IMG/VR virus record: IMGVR_UViG_3300045988_110202
Coordinates: 1 to 64,000 of that record
Length of the DNA: 64,000 bases
Direction: 5' to 3' (one strand)
Origin: a virus
The position numbers and the translations under genes were made by a program. Below, piece by piece: positions 19,701-30,013 of this stretch (positions are counted from its first letter, which is position 1; each line of letters opens with the position of its first letter). The notes beneath the pieces were generated by a model that was given only the letters and a program-made list of their open reading frames with translations, searched no databases and was not told the origin of the DNA.

Positions 19701-20195
19701 ACATCACTGCTACTAAAAACATATACAAACGTGTATATGCTAGATGATTCGCTACAATCTCTCGATTTATAGTTACTGCTTCAACGTATATGCTTTTGAT
19801 GATATAAATATCAATCTACTCACAAGTTCTTGTACACTCCACAGTCGTAAATTCCCGACTTAGCCATCGGTACACATCTGTAAATTCATATATTTGATTA
19901 GATACAGATTTCATCTAAATAGCTTTTCCTTTCCTAATATTTTACGTTTTGCTACTTGGTTTTCGTAGACTTATACCATTACTCAATTACAACCATCAAG
20001 GTTCTACCCTATAGTTAACAAGACTATTTCAACTCGCACTGGTCTATATTTCCTGTAATTTCAGTGGTTTTAAGTTACCAACTAGTGTTTTGGATTTTAA
20101 ACACCTTTGAGATTGTTTACTCACATTTGTTTACGTTTTTGGTTACATATGAAGCACTCCTATATTTAGTTGTATTTTTTGGAAAAATTTTCATG

Positions 20196-20224
20196 TTGAC
20201 GAACATGTTTAGAATTGTTATAAT
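20196..20224 (+). promoter_or_regulatory. consensus sigma-70 promoter (TTGACG - 17 nt - TATAAT)
   Basis: TTGACG at 20196-20201, exact 17-nt spacer, TATAAT at 20219-20224; lies in a 640-nt intergenic region between minus-strand genes. Confidence 0.55.
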
Positions 20225-20230
20225 GATTTT

Positions 20231-20326
20231 AAGGATATTATTATCCTTTCAGATTAAACAATTCTAAATATCAAATTCGATTTTCTATCGTGCTGCCAAC
20301 ACGGTAGATTCAAAAAATCTTTTTTT
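20231..20326 (+). ncRNA. candidate small RNA of about 95 nt, bracketed by the promoter and an intrinsic terminator
   Basis: predicted transcript holds hairpins AAGGATA-tta-TATCCTT (20232-20248) and CTATCGTG-ctgccaa-CACGGTAG (20286-20308), then terminator AGATT-caaaa-AATCT followed by T7 (20306-20326). Confidence 0.4.
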
Positions 20327-20342
20327 GTTATCTATGATTTGT

Positions 20343-20708
20343 TTAGTTGAAATTTTTAGTTTGTGTGAAAGTAGAAGTTTTACCAAAGACTTCTGCTTTC
20401 TTTTTTATTGTCTGTATTTTTATTCCAACATTGTATCTCTCTTTGTATGTAAATTGCAGGCATTTGATTATGTCAAATATGTCGTCCTGCTTAATATGAG
20501 AGAACAAATTCTCATCTTGAATAAATTCGATCCAATGATATGAAAGATCTTTATCTTTGCCATAGATCTTCATCTTTCTATCATCTGCTCGAATCTTATA
20601 TTCACTCAGAAACCACGATGACATTTCTGATGAGTGTAAATCAAGTACATCAATATGCATTTGATTTGATTGATTCGCTACCAATGTTTTTAATATTTGA
20701 TTGTCCAT
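20343..20708 (-). CDS. hypothetical protein
   Basis: 121-aa ORF in a very AT-rich block. Confidence 0.4.
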   Translation of the reverse strand: MDNQILKTLVANQSNQMHIDVLDLHSSEMSSWFLSEYKIRADDRKMKIYGKDKDLSYHWIEFIQDENLFSHIKQDDIFDIIKCLQFTYKERYNVGIKIQTIKKKAEVFGKTSTFTQTKNFN

Positions 20709-20722
20709 ACATATACCTTCCT

Positions 20723-21751
20723 TTATTCTGTCATGATTTGATGTACACGATAATTCTTATAGTCCTCATCTTTATATAAATAACCAATAGTTTTACCAAT
20801 TACAGTTTGACGATCACTAAATTGTTTCTTTTTTAATCTATATGATATATAATAATTATAATAAAAATCAATTGCAATATCACTAAATTGACGTGCGATT
20901 ACAGATCGTGCGATTCCTTCTTTTGATTTAATATAATATAAATCTGCAATTGCCTTGATATCCATTTTAAATTTTAAATATTGTATAAAACCAGAATTAA
21001 TAACATCAATGGTTGTCAATTTTTCATAAGATAAAGTGTTACCAGTTAATTCTAATTGAGACTGCACATTATTATATATCCTCTTTTGCTCTGCTTGATA
21101 TTCTTCTATATTATTACATTTTTTTCGTGGTATTAATACAAAATCATCATATATATTCGTATCTCCCATTTTCAATTTATATTCATTCAATGTCTCGATA
21201 AAATCTTTGGAGACTGGTTTCCCAAAAATTGTTAAATCATTTTGATTAATATCTGAGAATTTTAGATTTCTTAACTCCTTTCCATTTATCCCATTATATA
21301 AACTCACAATATGAAATCTAGTATTCAATTTGGTATCGGCTGATGCATTGCACGACATCAGATTCGAAATAAACGCATTTATTTTATCTGGTGTAACATA
21401 ATTAACATTAACTCTATTTGAAAAATATATATCAACTGCTAATTGCAAGTTTATAAATTTATCATTAACAAATGGATTATATTTAATATAATTTTGTTCA
21501 TATGCATAAGTATACAGTTTAACGAGCTGGTCATATCTTTTTTTAATAGAATTCATACTTTTGGTTTTTTTACCCCTAGTATCTGATAATATAGCCTCTT
21601 GGATTGTACCTGGTGCATACGTTAACCCAGATTCATTGTCGTCCGCAATATCAGAATCTAATAACCAATTCCATGTTGGACGACGTGATTCTGATACGTG
21701 AGAATCTATATAATTTTGTATCAATTCTTTATTATTCATAATATTCTCCAT
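20723..21751 (-). CDS. hypothetical protein (342 aa)
   Basis: long ORF in the AT-rich block; its start overlaps the stop of the MazF-like gene. Confidence 0.45.
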   Translation of the reverse strand: MENIMNNKELIQNYIDSHVSESRRPTWNWLLDSDIADDNESGLTYAPGTIQEAILSDTRGKKTKSMNSIKKRYDQLVKLYTYAYEQNYIKYNPFVNDKFINLQLAVDIYFSNRVNVNYVTPDKINAFISNLMSCNASADTKLNTRFHIVSLYNGINGKELRNLKFSDINQNDLTIFGKPVSKDFIETLNEYKLKMGDTNIYDDFVLIPRKKCNNIEEYQAEQKRIYNNVQSQLELTGNTLSYEKLTTIDVINSGFIQYLKFKMDIKAIADLYYIKSKEGIARSVIARQFSDIAIDFYYNYYISYRLKKKQFSDRQTVIGKTIGYLYKDEDYKNYRVHQIMTE

Positions 21752-21753
21752 TT

Positions 21754-22230
21754 CTAGGATGCCATTGTCATGTACGATAACATGCCGTTTTGTATTAAAA
21801 TGCCATGTCCTATTTTTAACATTAAAGATAGATCAGATATTCTTCCCCAATACTCTAAAAGATTATTCTTTGGAATTGTTCTTCCTTGCTCTAAATACAC
21901 CTGTGATACCATTTTTAATCCATTACTGGTATTTGGATAAATGGTCACATGTGTCGGTATCCAGTTCCTTAATTTTTTTGTAATTGGATACACGTTAATC
22001 TCGGTGCTCGTATTATTACAAATATTATTAGAATATACGATGACTGGTCTTTTCCCATGCAAGATGTGACTACCTTCAATTTTCGGCAAATCTGCAAAAT
22101 ATATTCCCCAAACTTGAGGATTTTGATATTTGCCATATACATATTCTTTTCTTTTTCTGTTATCGTTTCCTTTGCTTTCTTTGTTAGTATATCCGTTCAT
22201 TTTACGTCCCTCAACTTTCCCCAGTTGCAT
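21754..22230 (-). CDS. MazF/PemK (Kid)-family endoribonuclease toxin-like protein with an N-terminal extension
   Basis: 158 aa; 'VWGIYFADL...GSHILHGKRPVIVYSNNICNNTSTEINVYPITKKLR...THVTIYP' matches the PemK/MazF core (RPxxVxS..N..xxxVxPxT). Confidence 0.65.
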   Translation of the reverse strand: MQLGKVEGRKMNGYTNKESKGNDNRKRKEYVYGKYQNPQVWGIYFADLPKIEGSHILHGKRPVIVYSNNICNNTSTEINVYPITKKLRNWIPTHVTIYPNTSNGLKMVSQVYLEQGRTIPKNNLLEYWGRISDLSLMLKIGHGILIQNGMLSYMTMAS

Positions 22231-22264
22231 TTTTTATTTTCATGAATTAAATATACCATACTTT

Positions 22265-22287
22265 TTGCACCCTGTCAATAGGTGCAA
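22265..22287. promoter_or_regulatory. 7-bp inverted repeat TTGCACC-N9-GGTGCAA upstream of the MazF-like gene
   Basis: perfect inverted repeat in the 129-nt intergenic region 22231-22359. Confidence 0.35.
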
Positions 22288-22359
22288 GAAAGAAAGTTAA
22301 TTTTTATTGTGAACAAAGAATCTCTACATTTCTTATTATAATGCTACTATAGAACAAAA

Positions 22360-22680
22360 TCAAGATATTTTTCGAACAAATGTTCTCTTTTTGTTCGAAC
22401 ACTTTACTTTGTGCTTACTTGGAAGGGGGAAATACTGTCTAACTTTATGAGGCTTATCCAGTTTCCATTTCTTTTCTTCAAAATCATAGTCACAAAAATC
22501 AAGCACTTCGTCCACACATCCATCATTATATTGGTAATCTACGATAACAGGATATGTTTTATACCTCATGTAACGTGATGCATTATCTGGTTTCAATGGT
22601 GGAATCTCTGCTGAAATCCACATAAGATTCTGGTTTGCTTTCTTTTCTTCCTTATTTTGTCTAATCGTATTTATCTTCAT
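22360..22680 (-). CDS. hypothetical protein
   Basis: 106-aa ORF. Confidence 0.4.
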   Translation of the reverse strand: MKINTIRQNKEEKKANQNLMWISAEIPPLKPDNASRYMRYKTYPVIVDYQYNDGCVDEVLDFCDYDFEEKKWKLDKPHKVRQYFPLPSKHKVKCSNKKRTFVRKIS

Positions 22681-22691
22681 ACAAAATTCTC

Positions 22692-23438
22692 CTATAAAAT
22701 CCTAATAATTTGTTCGTAAATTGCAATCGCCTTATCTCCTGGAAAGTTCTGGTTCACATGCATATGTCCAAAGAACCACTTTTTATATTCAACAGATTCT
22801 TTAACCTCTTGCAAATAATCCGTCAATATATCTGTTTTATACACTCCTGATCCTTGATCCATTTGACATAATGCAGATGTGTATGGACTATGTGTAATTA
22901 TATAATCCACTTGCGATCCATTCTGCTTCAGATTCATCATACCTTCTGTCATTTCTTCTTCTGAAGGCAACTCCTCTTTCCACCATGACGTATGATTGAT
23001 CCTAAACATTTTGTCATAATCTCTGTACCACTTACTAATGCTTGGATCGTCTGGCTCTAAAATCCCATCCTGAACATCGTGAGAACTAGCTCCACCAAAT
23101 GTGAAGAATCTCTTTCCCTGGATATCAAATACCTGTCCTCGCATGAGATGAAAAACAGAGCTACAAATCTTATGAATCTTTCCTCCACACCATTTCTCTA
23201 CAGAATATTCGTACAGCCTATCATAATTCTCATGGTTTCCGCATACAAACAGTGTAGTAAATGGTTTATTGTCTAACCATTCCAGATTATATCGTTCTTC
23301 TTTTGTGTCATGCCATAATCCAAAATCTCCACAAATGATCACGTAATCATCTTTAGTTAACTCTACTCCTTCAGGAAAAGAACGACTGTTTAATCGAGTC
23401 ATCCAATCCCCATGAGTGTCTCCTGTTACAAATATCAT
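22692..23438 (-). CDS. calcineurin-like metallophosphatase (lambda Ser/Thr phosphatase / PrpE-like)
   Basis: 248 aa; motifs 'GDTHGD', 'GDFGLWHD', 'GNHENYD', later His motifs. Confidence 0.8.
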   Translation of the reverse strand: MIFVTGDTHGDWMTRLNSRSFPEGVELTKDDYVIICGDFGLWHDTKEERYNLEWLDNKPFTTLFVCGNHENYDRLYEYSVEKWCGGKIHKICSSVFHLMRGQVFDIQGKRFFTFGGASSHDVQDGILEPDDPSISKWYRDYDKMFRINHTSWWKEELPSEEEMTEGMMNLKQNGSQVDYIITHSPYTSALCQMDQGSGVYKTDILTDYLQEVKESVEYKKWFFGHMHVNQNFPGDKAIAIYEQIIRIL

Positions 23439-24385
23439 AAAATAACTCCTTCCAACAACTCTTTTAATGCCTGCATATTATCCTCATGCACTCCATCATC
23501 TTTATCTGCATCATCTTTCCCTGTCTCATAAGCACACTTGATAATCTCTATTACTCTATCATAGCTCACGTTAATAACATTTTCCCTCAGTCCATTAAAT
23601 GCTCCGCTGATAATATCCTTATATGTCTGAGCAATATCATCAAATAACACATGAGTTTCCTCTTCTGTAATTGTAGCATATAAAAACGTCATTGCAGGGC
23701 TACTATGATTCAACAATCTCATAAGTGTATACAATACGTTCTGATCATCTTTATGATCAACAAGTGTCCAATACACAAAGTTCTTTCGTAGTGTATGCGT
23801 ACCAATATTGTCCTCAATTCCAACTGCTTTAGCACCTTTTTTAACAAAATCCAAAGCATTTGCTTCAGTCATGTGTCCTGATCCAGACTTACATGTTCCA
23901 AAAACATAATCATCCATTGGCACTTCGCCATCAATCTTGACATCATATTTAGTTCCTGCAACAGCTTCAAAGAAAATATCCACTGCTTCAGTTACCAAAT
24001 CGTTAAAGTATACAGTTCTGAATTTCTTTGTTTTCTTTTCCTGCTTACGAGTCTTATCGTCTAATAAATCGCCCCATTTGAGTCTGACGATATCAGAGAT
24101 ACGATATGCTGTATTGTTTCCAACTGCAACTAAAAGATTGTTTCTGGCAGCTACATATCGTTTGTACTCTGTGTACGATTTATCAATCTGGTCTCTAAAA
24201 TATGCATTAAAGGCTGCAAATTGTTTTCTGTCCTTGATCGGATACACTAAAGATGATACGCCTTTTTGTTTGTTAGATCGAGTCCATTTAGGACTTCCAT
24301 CCTTACGTCTTTTAATCTTTGTTTCAGATTCTTCTGCGTTATTATTGTTTACTGTTTCAATAACTTCAAACTGTGTTGCTGCCAT
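23435..24385 (-). CDS. tyrosine site-specific recombinase (phage integrase)
   Basis: 316 aa; box I 'ISDIVRLKWGDL', box II 'GTHTLRKNF' (HxxR), 'LLNHSSPAMTFLY' (H/W then Tyr nucleophile); ATGA overlap with the phosphatase gene. Confidence 0.7.
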   Translation of the reverse strand: MAATQFEVIETVNNNNAEESETKIKRRKDGSPKWTRSNKQKGVSSLVYPIKDRKQFAAFNAYFRDQIDKSYTEYKRYVAARNNLLVAVGNNTAYRISDIVRLKWGDLLDDKTRKQEKKTKKFRTVYFNDLVTEAVDIFFEAVAGTKYDVKIDGEVPMDDYVFGTCKSGSGHMTEANALDFVKKGAKAVGIEDNIGTHTLRKNFVYWTLVDHKDDQNVLYTLMRLLNHSSPAMTFLYATITEEETHVLFDDIAQTYKDIISGAFNGLRENVINVSYDRVIEIIKCAYETGKDDADKDDGVHEDNMQALKELLEGVIL

Positions 24386-24485
24386 GATAATCTCTCCTCT
24401 CTAATTATTGCACTGTTCACGTACTTCTGGTCTAATTTCTACTTCGATTAATTCCATAATTCTTACTCCTATTCTCTAAATTTAG

Positions 24486-24513
24486 GCAAAATAAAAAGAA
24501 GCCATAAGCTTCT
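24486..24513 (-). terminator. rho-independent terminator for the minus-strand gene 24538..25002
   Basis: AGAAGC-cataa-GCTTCT hairpin with an adjacent A-run on the plus strand (U-run on the minus transcript). Confidence 0.45.
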
Positions 24514-24537
24514 CAATCTCATTCTGTTATTCAATTT

Positions 24538-25002
24538 CTACAATGGTCTAATAATATCAGGATTCATGATCAGAATACTATCACAATCCCAACCGTAAAG
24601 CTCATAATATAACTCATAATCACCTTTGGATAAATTAAGCTTAATTGCATCAACTCCATCTTCGACCATCTTCTCAAAATCTGGCACAACGCCCATTGTA
24701 TCAAATAAATATTCTGGGAGATATCCCGATAGATCTTGCGTTGGAACCTGCTTTAAATCGGCTTTCGCTGTCCATTCAACAATATTTGCCGAATCATCCA
24801 ATGTAAATTTAAAGTTTTTGTCTAGTTTATCAATTCTAAAATCATTATCAATACACCATTTCTCCCACGGCTGATCCGCCTTTATATCCGATGCCCATAA
24901 ACCTCCAAATGGTTTGTTAATCATGTTTCTGTTCACAATTGACATAAACAACTCTTTCTCAAACTTATCACTTCCGTAGTGAATATAAATATTTTCTGAC
25001 AT
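24538..25002 (-). CDS. hypothetical protein
   Basis: 154-aa ORF. Confidence 0.45.
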   Translation of the reverse strand: MSENIYIHYGSDKFEKELFMSIVNRNMINKPFGGLWASDIKADQPWEKWCIDNDFRIDKLDKNFKFTLDDSANIVEWTAKADLKQVPTQDLSGYLPEYLFDTMGVVPDFEKMVEDGVDAIKLNLSKGDYELYYELYGWDCDSILIMNPDIIRPL

Positions 25003-25023
25003 TTTTCCATCCTTTCGTCAAAC

Positions 25024-25743
25024 TTATCCTGTCATCTGCTTCTCAAACAACTGTCTTTCCAACGCACCAAAATCATAATCACGATCACATTCCAAGTGTG
25101 CAAGGTTCGTTACCTTTGGCTTTTGTTTAGCGTTCTTCTTAGCCTGATTTCGTTCCCAGTTTCGTACTGCTGCCTTCCAGTCTTGCATCTTGCTATTGCC
25201 CATCATCCAATCTTTGGCTGTGTAATAATCCACAAACTCTTCTGGATCAATCCCATTGTTTCTTTGTTGACAATATCTGGAGACTTGCTCGCAATCAGGC
25301 GGTGTGAATCGCTTTATATTATTATTATATTTATTATTATTCTTTACTTTCTTTTTATGTGTCGCTTCTGCGTCGTTTTGGTGTCGTTTCTGTGTAGTTT
25401 TTTCATCTACAAAACCTTGATAAACACTGTAATTTACTATGGTTATGACTGTCTTTTTAGTGTCGCTTTTTACATGTATGATACTGTCGTTTTCCAGTGT
25501 CTTTAAAAATTTGACAACCTTTGAATTACTCCACCCCCATCGATCACACAATCTTCTGATCGAAGTAACCATCGATCCTCGCTCGACTGTTTCTAAGTTT
25601 CCATCAACATACTTAGGTTGATCATTATAACCTGCGAGAATCAGTAAGTCAATCATTGCTTGTCCTCTGGCAAATGGTTTGTCTTCCCATAGCCAATGAT
25701 CTGTAATTTTCCGATGGAGTTTAATCCATCCTGTGTTACTCAT
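25024..25743 (-). CDS. phage replisome organizer (N-terminal) / DnaD-like replication initiation protein
   Basis: 239 aa; 'MSNTGWIKLHRKITDHWLWEDKPFARGQAMIDLLILA' resembles the phage_rep_org_N signature. Confidence 0.55.
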   Translation of the reverse strand: MSNTGWIKLHRKITDHWLWEDKPFARGQAMIDLLILAGYNDQPKYVDGNLETVERGSMVTSIRRLCDRWGWSNSKVVKFLKTLENDSIIHVKSDTKKTVITIVNYSVYQGFVDEKTTQKRHQNDAEATHKKKVKNNNKYNNNIKRFTPPDCEQVSRYCQQRNNGIDPEEFVDYYTAKDWMMGNSKMQDWKAAVRNWERNQAKKNAKQKPKVTNLAHLECDRDYDFGALERQLFEKQMTG

Positions 25744-25783
25744 GGCATCGCTCCCCTCTATATGTGGAGATAAAATTCTCCTT

Positions 25784-26029
25784 TCACTGTTTTAAATGCT
25801 TACCTGTTAATTCATCGATTGCATAATGTGTCATAAATTCATCATAACTCATTATACGTTTACCACAGTCACAGCATGTCATACATTTATTATATGTACA
25901 GTATTCAATAATTTCTTCATCTTGAAAATGTCCATCAAAACTATATATATCGGTTCCAGTAGCTTTAAACCTAACAGCCATTCCACGATCACTTCCGCAG
26001 TGCGGACATTTTGTTATTGGTTTTCTCAT
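25784..26029 (-). CDS. Zn-ribbon protein
   Basis: 81 aa; CPHCGS ... CMTCCDCG cysteine pairs. Confidence 0.45.
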   Translation of the reverse strand: MRKPITKCPHCGSDRGMAVRFKATGTDIYSFDGHFQDEEIIEYCTYNKCMTCCDCGKRIMSYDEFMTHYAIDELTGKHLKQ

Positions 26030-26367
26030 TTAGCACCTCTTTCAATTTCATTCTGTTTTATCCAACGATCAGAAATTTCAGATAGTAATGTAACATACAT
26101 TCTTTGTTCGTGTACAGTTAATTTACCATTTTTCATTTTATTTTCAAATTGTTTGTATTCCACAATCAAGTCACTATCTGCCCTTCTTTTATAAATACTT
26201 TCCATTCTTATCATCTCCTATAATATACATTATTTTTCAGACATAGATTCTACCCAGCAATTAGAAATTTCCACTAGCAACCTAGTCAAATGTGCAGGGA
26301 ACGCTCCTTTATACATTTATGTTGATCCCAATCCACCATTCGTACCACCACCTATCAAATTTTCGTT

Positions 26368-28319
26368 TTATTCTTCATCAAGTTCCATATGGTTTACATC
26401 AACAGGATTCTCTAATTTTAAAATATCTTCTTTCTGTTCTACAAGAGCTTGTTGAGCTATTGCATTAATTTTATTCTGTGCAAAAGCCTCGATTTCTCCT
26501 TTAGCTTCTGTAATTGTTTTGTCTATCTGATTTTGGAATTGATCAAAGATAAATTTTGAACTAGATTCCATACCTTGAGTCACGTTGGCAAGTCTTCTCA
26601 GAATCATTTCTCGATCACATTTTCCAATAGATTTCTTCGTAGTAAAAAGCTCCTTGACTTCATCATAAAATTCTTTTGCATCGCTCATACGCTCGTTCAT
26701 GCACTCTTTAAATTCATTTGTTATCTGCTGTCTTTTATTGATAAAATCCGCTTCGTTAATACGTCCTTTACCACGTAAATATTTAATAGTACATGGAGTA
26801 CCTGTTCCAACATTCATAGAAGTAATTAATTCCGCAAATTGTGATTGCGACATTTCTACTTCCAGAATCTCATCTTCTCCAACATACCAATCATCATTGA
26901 GTCCCCTTGTAACCACACCTTCCCTTAATACCATATGGATTGTATCGTTATGCTGAATGCTACTACCAAATAAATTGCTATGCCCGCCATGAGTACGATT
27001 GAATGATAACATTCCAAATGATGGGTGTTTATATGATGTTCCAAGAGCATCTTCTGATATTATATAATCTCCTTCTTTCCTAGCATTTTCTCTCATTTAT
27101 CTAACTTCCTTTCTATCAAAGTTTCATTTTATCTATATGATCGTCACATTCCCATACCGCTTCATAGCAGACATCTAACATATCTCTTACGATTTGTTTC
27201 CTCTGACTTAACTTTTCTTCTTTTTTTTCAATATCCTCTTTCTCACGCAATAAATGTATATATATTTGATACGGCATGTTTGTATCTGCTAGTTTTTCTT
27301 CTATAGCAATCCTTTCATTAATTACTTTTCTTAATTTATTACATAATTCCTTATGCTTATCTTTAATCGCTTTAATGACTGCATATTCATACATTCTTTG
27401 ATATTTAGACTCAAATTTTCCATCTTTGAATTCATAACGATCCTCAACCTTGCAGGCATCTAAAATCTTATCTCCGTTTTCTCTGCACTCATTTAACAAT
27501 TCCATTAAAGCCTCTTCGTTGTCAAATGTCGCATAACCAATTCCATCTTCTTTTGTTTCGTAAACACACATATATGGTTTTTCTGGTGTATATGCTTTAG
27601 ATTTTTCCATTTTAATCACTCCTTTTTAATTACTTTATTCTTTACAAGCTACAATGCAAGTTGGAGCATTATACTTTTCAATACCCGCATAAAAATTATC
27701 CAATACAGATTCTAATTTCGTATACACTCCATCTCTTCTCATTTCATTTTCTGTCTTTACATTAGAGTATACAACAATATAATCAATAGGTTCATACACA
27801 ACTGTCTCCATGTGTTTAATATACTGTCCAACACTACTTTCTACAAATTTAATATCGTCTGTTTCTGCACAAATACAACCATATGGAATCCAACTTTTAG
27901 AAACATTCTGTCCTTTATATATAATCATTAAAGCTCGCTTTGATTCACATTCATTCATCAACTGCATTAACAGTTTGGATTTTCCAATACCCTTTAATGT
28001 TAATATTTCCATTTTTCATCACTCCTTCCGATCAAATATTTGTTTCATTTCAATATCCCATATTGGTTTCTTTTGTAATCTTTGCTGCTACAGAATCTAA
28101 TATCTCATATTTTTCAATAATATTAGATACTTCTTCTTTTGTTAGGAGTCTCCATTCATCAGTTCCATTCTTTTTAAATTCTAGTGTATGAGAGCCACGA
28201 TCTACCCATACAGGAATTCCAAATGTTACTCCAACATATTTATCCATTAAAGTTAAACATTTATCAACTAATTTCCTATATTCTTTAGCTTCTTCTATTC
28301 TCTTTTCTAATTTATCCAT
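26368..28319 (-). other. four minus-strand hypothetical ORFs: 26368..27096, 27116..27619, 27635..28012, 28050..28319
   Basis: contiguous ORFs on the coding strand between the replication gene and the ORF6N gene; no motifs recognised. Confidence 0.4.
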
Positions 28320-28366
28320 CCGAGACAGCTCCTTTTCTGTTTTGTTTCATAATTATATCACACTCC

Positions 28367-29461
28367 TTATTCTTCTGAAATAATTTCCACCGCAGCTTCG
28401 TAAAATCTGTTGTATAAAGTTGCATTTGTTTTAATAAGCTGAGATTTAGACAGTCCATGAGCATATTCATCCCAGTTAACGCCATTCTCTGTCATCTTAT
28501 TATAGATTTTCCGATAAACAGAAGTTCCACCTTTAGATTTATTTCCAATGTGATTAGCATAATTGGTAATCTTAATCTTCATTTCATCCCAATCAGGCTG
28601 TGCGTTCTCTTTTCGGAACTGTCGCAGAAGTTTTTCCAATGAATTAACCAATAGGTCAGGATATTTGTCATAGCAAAGATCAATCGTTGGTACATTACCT
28701 CTTTCCCCGATATTATACTTCTCTTTGTATTCTTTTCGATCCTGCTCCCACACAATTCCATATGTGTTGGTAAGATACCTATATGTCTCTTTAAGAATAT
28801 CTCTTGTAGTAGTTCCTAACTCATCAGATTCTTTCAAAATATCATTGATGATTGAATACACGTTGGATTTCCATTCATTAAGTTTGTATTCTGCAATAGC
28901 ATTTTCCGTATCCACAACTGGAATATCTTTCGTAGGCTTGCCAATCTGCTTATACAGTTCTTTCCGCTCCGCTTTCATTTCTTTAACAATGTCTGCTAAC
29001 TGATTGAAACCTTTAATAGTGATGTTATACAGACGTTCATTGTTTCTTTCCATTTGCTTCATAAGTTCTGTCTGCTCTGTAAGAAACCGTTCTACTGTTG
29101 TCACAGGAGTTCCTGTTCTTAAATTTCCATGACGATAAGCTTTGATAATATTCCATGCCCAATCCATAAAGGCATTTGCCTTCGGTTGTTTACTCCATCT
29201 ACAAATTTCCATCACGCCACGTTCACTATAAAGTGTAGTATCATACTTCTTGTTATCAGTAGCCCCCAGTTTGAGGGTAACTGAATATTTATCCAGTCTA
29301 TCTCTATACCTATTGTGTAAATTATCAATTGCTTTCTGTGGATCACTGTATTCCAGTGCTTCTCCGATCTGCTTTCTTGTCATCCAAATATCGTCATCAG
29401 CACTATAAAAATCACACGTTATATCATTAAAATTTTCCGTTTTTACCAACTGTAGGTTCAT
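28367..29461 (-). CDS. ORF6N/KilA-N-like antirepressor-family protein
   Basis: 364 aa; N-terminal 'ENFNDITCDFYSADDDIWMTRKQIGEALEY...LYSERGVMEICRWSKQPKANAFMDWAWNI' resembles the ORF6N domain. Confidence 0.5.
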   Translation of the reverse strand: MNLQLVKTENFNDITCDFYSADDDIWMTRKQIGEALEYSDPQKAIDNLHNRYRDRLDKYSVTLKLGATDNKKYDTTLYSERGVMEICRWSKQPKANAFMDWAWNIIKAYRHGNLRTGTPVTTVERFLTEQTELMKQMERNNERLYNITIKGFNQLADIVKEMKAERKELYKQIGKPTKDIPVVDTENAIAEYKLNEWKSNVYSIINDILKESDELGTTTRDILKETYRYLTNTYGIVWEQDRKEYKEKYNIGERGNVPTIDLCYDKYPDLLVNSLEKLLRQFRKENAQPDWDEMKIKITNYANHIGNKSKGGTSVYRKIYNKMTENGVNWDEYAHGLSKSQLIKTNATLYNRFYEAAVEIISEE

Positions 29462-29783
29462 TCTTCATCTTCCTTTCTAAACTGTCTTATTTTTCTCTAT
29501 ACTCATTATTTTTATATAGCTGTATTCCGTAAACTAATAGAAATAAAATCAACATTTAATTCCAACTATTAGTGTGCCAATCCTAATAGAAACCTATTCT
29601 ATTCCTATTAGTTCTCTATGTAATCAACACCTTATCTATTAACAATTATATGTTTAGTTAGTTATTAGTTTGTGTATAATAAATTTGACAAAGAACCGAC
29701 CTGCCAAATCGGTTCCTGTCAAATATTTCCGTAAAATAAAAAGAACCTTCCGTTCGGTTCTTTGCCAAAATTATTATATGGAA
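29462..29783. promoter_or_regulatory. intergenic regulatory region with repeated CTAATAG/CTATTAG heptamers and nested inverted repeats
   Basis: at least 4 copies of the heptamer in both orientations; inverted repeats GAACCGA..TCGGTTC, AGAACC..GGTTCT, TTTGACA..TGTCAAA. Confidence 0.4.
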
Positions 29784-30013
29784 TTATAAAATAAATGCCG
29801 TTCCTATTTTCATAATAAACCAAGTCCATAAAATAATAGTAGTTGGTTTATCAATAACATTTATTATATCCTCTAATAAGTTTGTATACTTCTTATAAGC
29901 TATTGTAGGATATTTTCCATTAATTAATATCAAAAATTCATTTGCAATCATAACTATGACTTTGAATGTAATCATTACTCCTACAAATACATCTGAATAC
30001 CGAATAATCTGTT

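Noticed and set aside
20723-21751. Possible second tyrosine recombinase
   Set aside because: No R..HxxR..Y catalytic tetrad could be identified; treated as hypothetical.
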